NCBI GenBank assembly: GCA_013265495.1
Contig: MU058059.1
Coordinates: 3,819,502 to 3,883,501, forward strand
Reading direction: 5' to 3'
Length of the DNA: 64,000 bases
Source of the DNA: Vicugna vicugna
Taxonomy: Eukaryota
Both the position numbers and the translations under genes were made by a program. Below, one piece after another: positions 61,563 through 64,000 of this stretch (within the stretch, counting starts at the first letter, position 1; the number at the start of each line of letters is the position of its first letter). The notes under the pieces were generated by a model. The model searched no databases. It was not told the DNA's origin and saw nothing but the letters and a program-made list of their open reading frames with translations.

Positions 61563-63756
61563 TTTTTATTGAAGTGTAGTCGATTTACAGTGTTACTTTT
61601 AGGTGTACAGCAAAATGATTCAGTTATACATATACATACATTTATATTTTTTTCAGATACTGTCCCATTATATTGTTACAAGAAATGGAATGTAGTTCCC
61701 TGTGCTATACAGTAGGTCCTTGTTGTTTATCTATTTTATATGTAGTAGTGTGTGTCTGTTAATCCCCAGCCCCTAATTTATCCTTCCCTGCCATTTCCCT
61801 TCTGGTAACCATAGTTTGTTTTCTGTGTCCATGAGTCAATTTTTGGTTTGTAAATAAGATTGGTATCAAAATTTTCTTAGAGTCCACATATAAGTTATAT
61901 CATATGGTATTTTTCTTTCTCTTTCTGGCCTACTTCACTTAAAATGACAATCTCCAAGTCCATCTGTGTTTCTGCAAATGGCATTATTTTATTATTTTTA
62001 TGGCTGAGTAGTATTCCATTATAAAAATATACCACAGCTTCTTTATCCAGTCATTTGTCAGTGGACATTTAGGCTGTTTCCATGTCTTGGCTAATGTAAA
62101 TAGTGCTGCTGTGAACATTGGGGTGCATGTGGCTTTTTGAATTAATGTTCCCTATGGATATATGCCCAGATGTGGGATTGCGGAATCATAGGGCAATTCT
62201 ATTTTTAGTTTTCTGAGAACTCTCCATGCTGTTTTCCACAACGGCTGCACCAAACTGCATTCCCACCAGCAGTGAAGGAGGGTTCCCTTTTCTCCACAGC
62301 CTCTCCAGCATTTATTGTCTGTGGACTTTTGAATGNNNNNNNNNNNNNNNNNNNNNNNNNNNNNNNNNNNNNNNNNNNNNNNNNNNNNNNNNNNNNNNNN
62401 NNNNNNNNNNNNNNNNNNNNNNNNNNNNNNNNNNNNNNNNNNNNNNNNNNNNNNNNNNNNNNNNNNNNNNNNGTCTTCTGCCTATTTTTGGATCGAGTTG
62501 TTTGTTTTTTTATTATTAAGTTGTATGAGCTGTTTATATATTCTTGAAATTAAGCCCTTGTCATTCTCATCTTTTGCAAATATTTTCTCCCATTGTGTAG
62601 GTTGTCTTTTTGTTTTGCTTATGGTTTCGTTTCCTGTGCAAGAACTTACAAGCTTAATCAGGTCCCATTTGTTTATTTTTGCTTTTATTTCTTTTGCCTG
62701 GGTAGACTGCCCTAGGAGAACATTGCTGAGATTTATGTCAGAATGTTTTGCCTCTGTTTTCTTCTAAGAGATTGATAGTGTCTGGTCTCATGTTTAACTC
62801 TTTAAGCCATTCTGAGTTTATTTTTGTGTGTGGAGTGAGGGCGTCTTCTAACTCATTGATATAGATACTGCTGTCCAGTTTTCCCAACACTATTTACTAA
62901 AGAGACTGTCTTTACTCCATTGTATGTTCTTGCCCCCTTTTTCAAAGGTCAATTGACCAAAGTTTGTGGGTTTTCTCTGGGCTCTCTGTTCTGTTCCATT
63001 GATCCGTATGTCTGTTTTTGTGCCAATACCATGCTGTTTTGATTACTGTAGCTCTGTAGTATTGTCTGAAGTCTGAGAAGGTTATTCTTCCAGCTTCATT
63101 CTTTTTCTTCAGTATTGCTTTGGCAATTCTGAGTCTTTTGTGATTCCATATAAATTTTAGGATTATTTGTTCTAGTTCTGTGAAAAATGTCCTGGGTAAT
63201 TTGATACGGATCGATTAAATCTGTGTATTGCTTTCAGTAGTATGGTCATTTTAACAATATTAGTTCTTCCAGTCCAAGAGCATGGACTATCTTTCTGTTT
63301 CTTTAAGTCATCTTTAATTTCCTTGGTTGATGTTTTATAGTTTTCCACATATTAGTCTTTCACTTCCTTAGTGAGACTTATCCCTAAGTGTTTTATTTAT
63401 TTATTTATTTTTTGGATGCAATTTTAAAAGGAATTGTTTCCTTACTTTCCTTTTCTGATATTTCATTATTAATGTAACGAAATGCAACTGATTTTTGTAT
63501 GTTAATCTTATGTCCTGCTGCCTTGCCAAATTCTCTTACCAGCTCTAGTAGTTTTTGTGTGGAGTCTTTAGGGTTTCCTATATATAGTATCATGCCATAC
63601 ACATGTAATGACAATTTTACCTCTTCTCTTCCATTTTGCGTTCCTTTTATTTCTTTTTCTGGTCTAACTGCTGTGGCTGGGACTTCCAATACTATATTGA
63701 ATAGAAGTGGTGAGAGTAGGCATCGTTGTCTTGTTCCAGATTTTAGCAGGAAGGCT
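61563..63756 (-). mobile_element. 5'-truncated LINE-1 (~2.2 kb: RT C-terminal part, Cys-rich region, 3'UTR), ORF2 disrupted
   Basis: ORF 63405-63764 gives [19 protein letters not shown]...[12 protein letters not shown]...[10 protein letters not shown], which is L1 ORF2 RT with the FADD catalytic motif degraded. Stops and frameshifts lie downstream, and the L1 tail is at 61563. Confidence 0.97.
62336..62472. other. Assembly gap (137 N) inside the L1
   Basis: Run of N. The flanks resume as colinear L1 ORF2. Confidence 1.
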
Positions 63757-64000
63757 AAAAACAAAATCTGATAGTATTTAGTAAAAACATAATTGAAAAT
63801 GTATCCAAATCAGAAGCTGAAAATAAGTCGTTTAAGAGAAACAGAAGTTAAATTAAACAGGCTAGAATGCCTTTTACTACGTTTGATTGGTCCACAATCT
63901 CTGTTTTACAATTTTTGATTTACTGCCACCAGCTATTTTTGATCCTTCCTTTTTCAGGTAAAGTCTTAAAAAATTTAATGGTCAATTTATTTATTAAGAG

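Noticed and set aside
63405-63764. Reverse-transcriptase-like ORF as a functional gene
   Set aside because: Decayed L1 ORF2: the FADD motif is mutated, downstream frames are broken and the element is 5'-truncated.
1-64000. CRISPR arrays, tRNA/rRNA genes or prokaryotic-type systems
   Set aside because: The sequence is mammalian. I saw no regularly spaced repeat-spacer arrays, tRNA A/B-box cloverleafs or rRNA motifs.

Overview
Mammalian genomic DNA, GC-rich and probably intergenic or deep-intronic. I could not identify any protein-coding exon, RNA gene or CRISPR-like array. The ORF track is mostly chance ORFs in GC-rich sequence plus one decayed LINE-1 ORF2 segment (63405-63764). The young L1 3' tails look cetartiodactyl, and I saw no ruminant, suid, cetacean, carnivore or primate SINEs, so a camelid (alpaca/camel) is the most likely source (inference). 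The window is dominated by interspersed repeats: young L1 3' ends (some with TSDs, one apparently 5'-inverted), an orphan L1 5'UTR, old L1M ORF1/ORF2/3' fragments, L2, MIR, MLT1 LTRs and hAT MITEs. It also has a CA-rich minisatellite and two assembly gaps. The non-repeat signals worth checking are a perfect 22-bp palindrome, a TATA-Inr-donor cassette, several CpG-dense patches, a few well-formed but mostly non-coding candidate exons and some TF-motif clusters. I found no convincing evidence of a novel biological system. Repeat family names are from memory of consensus sequences, and most old-repeat boundaries are approximate.
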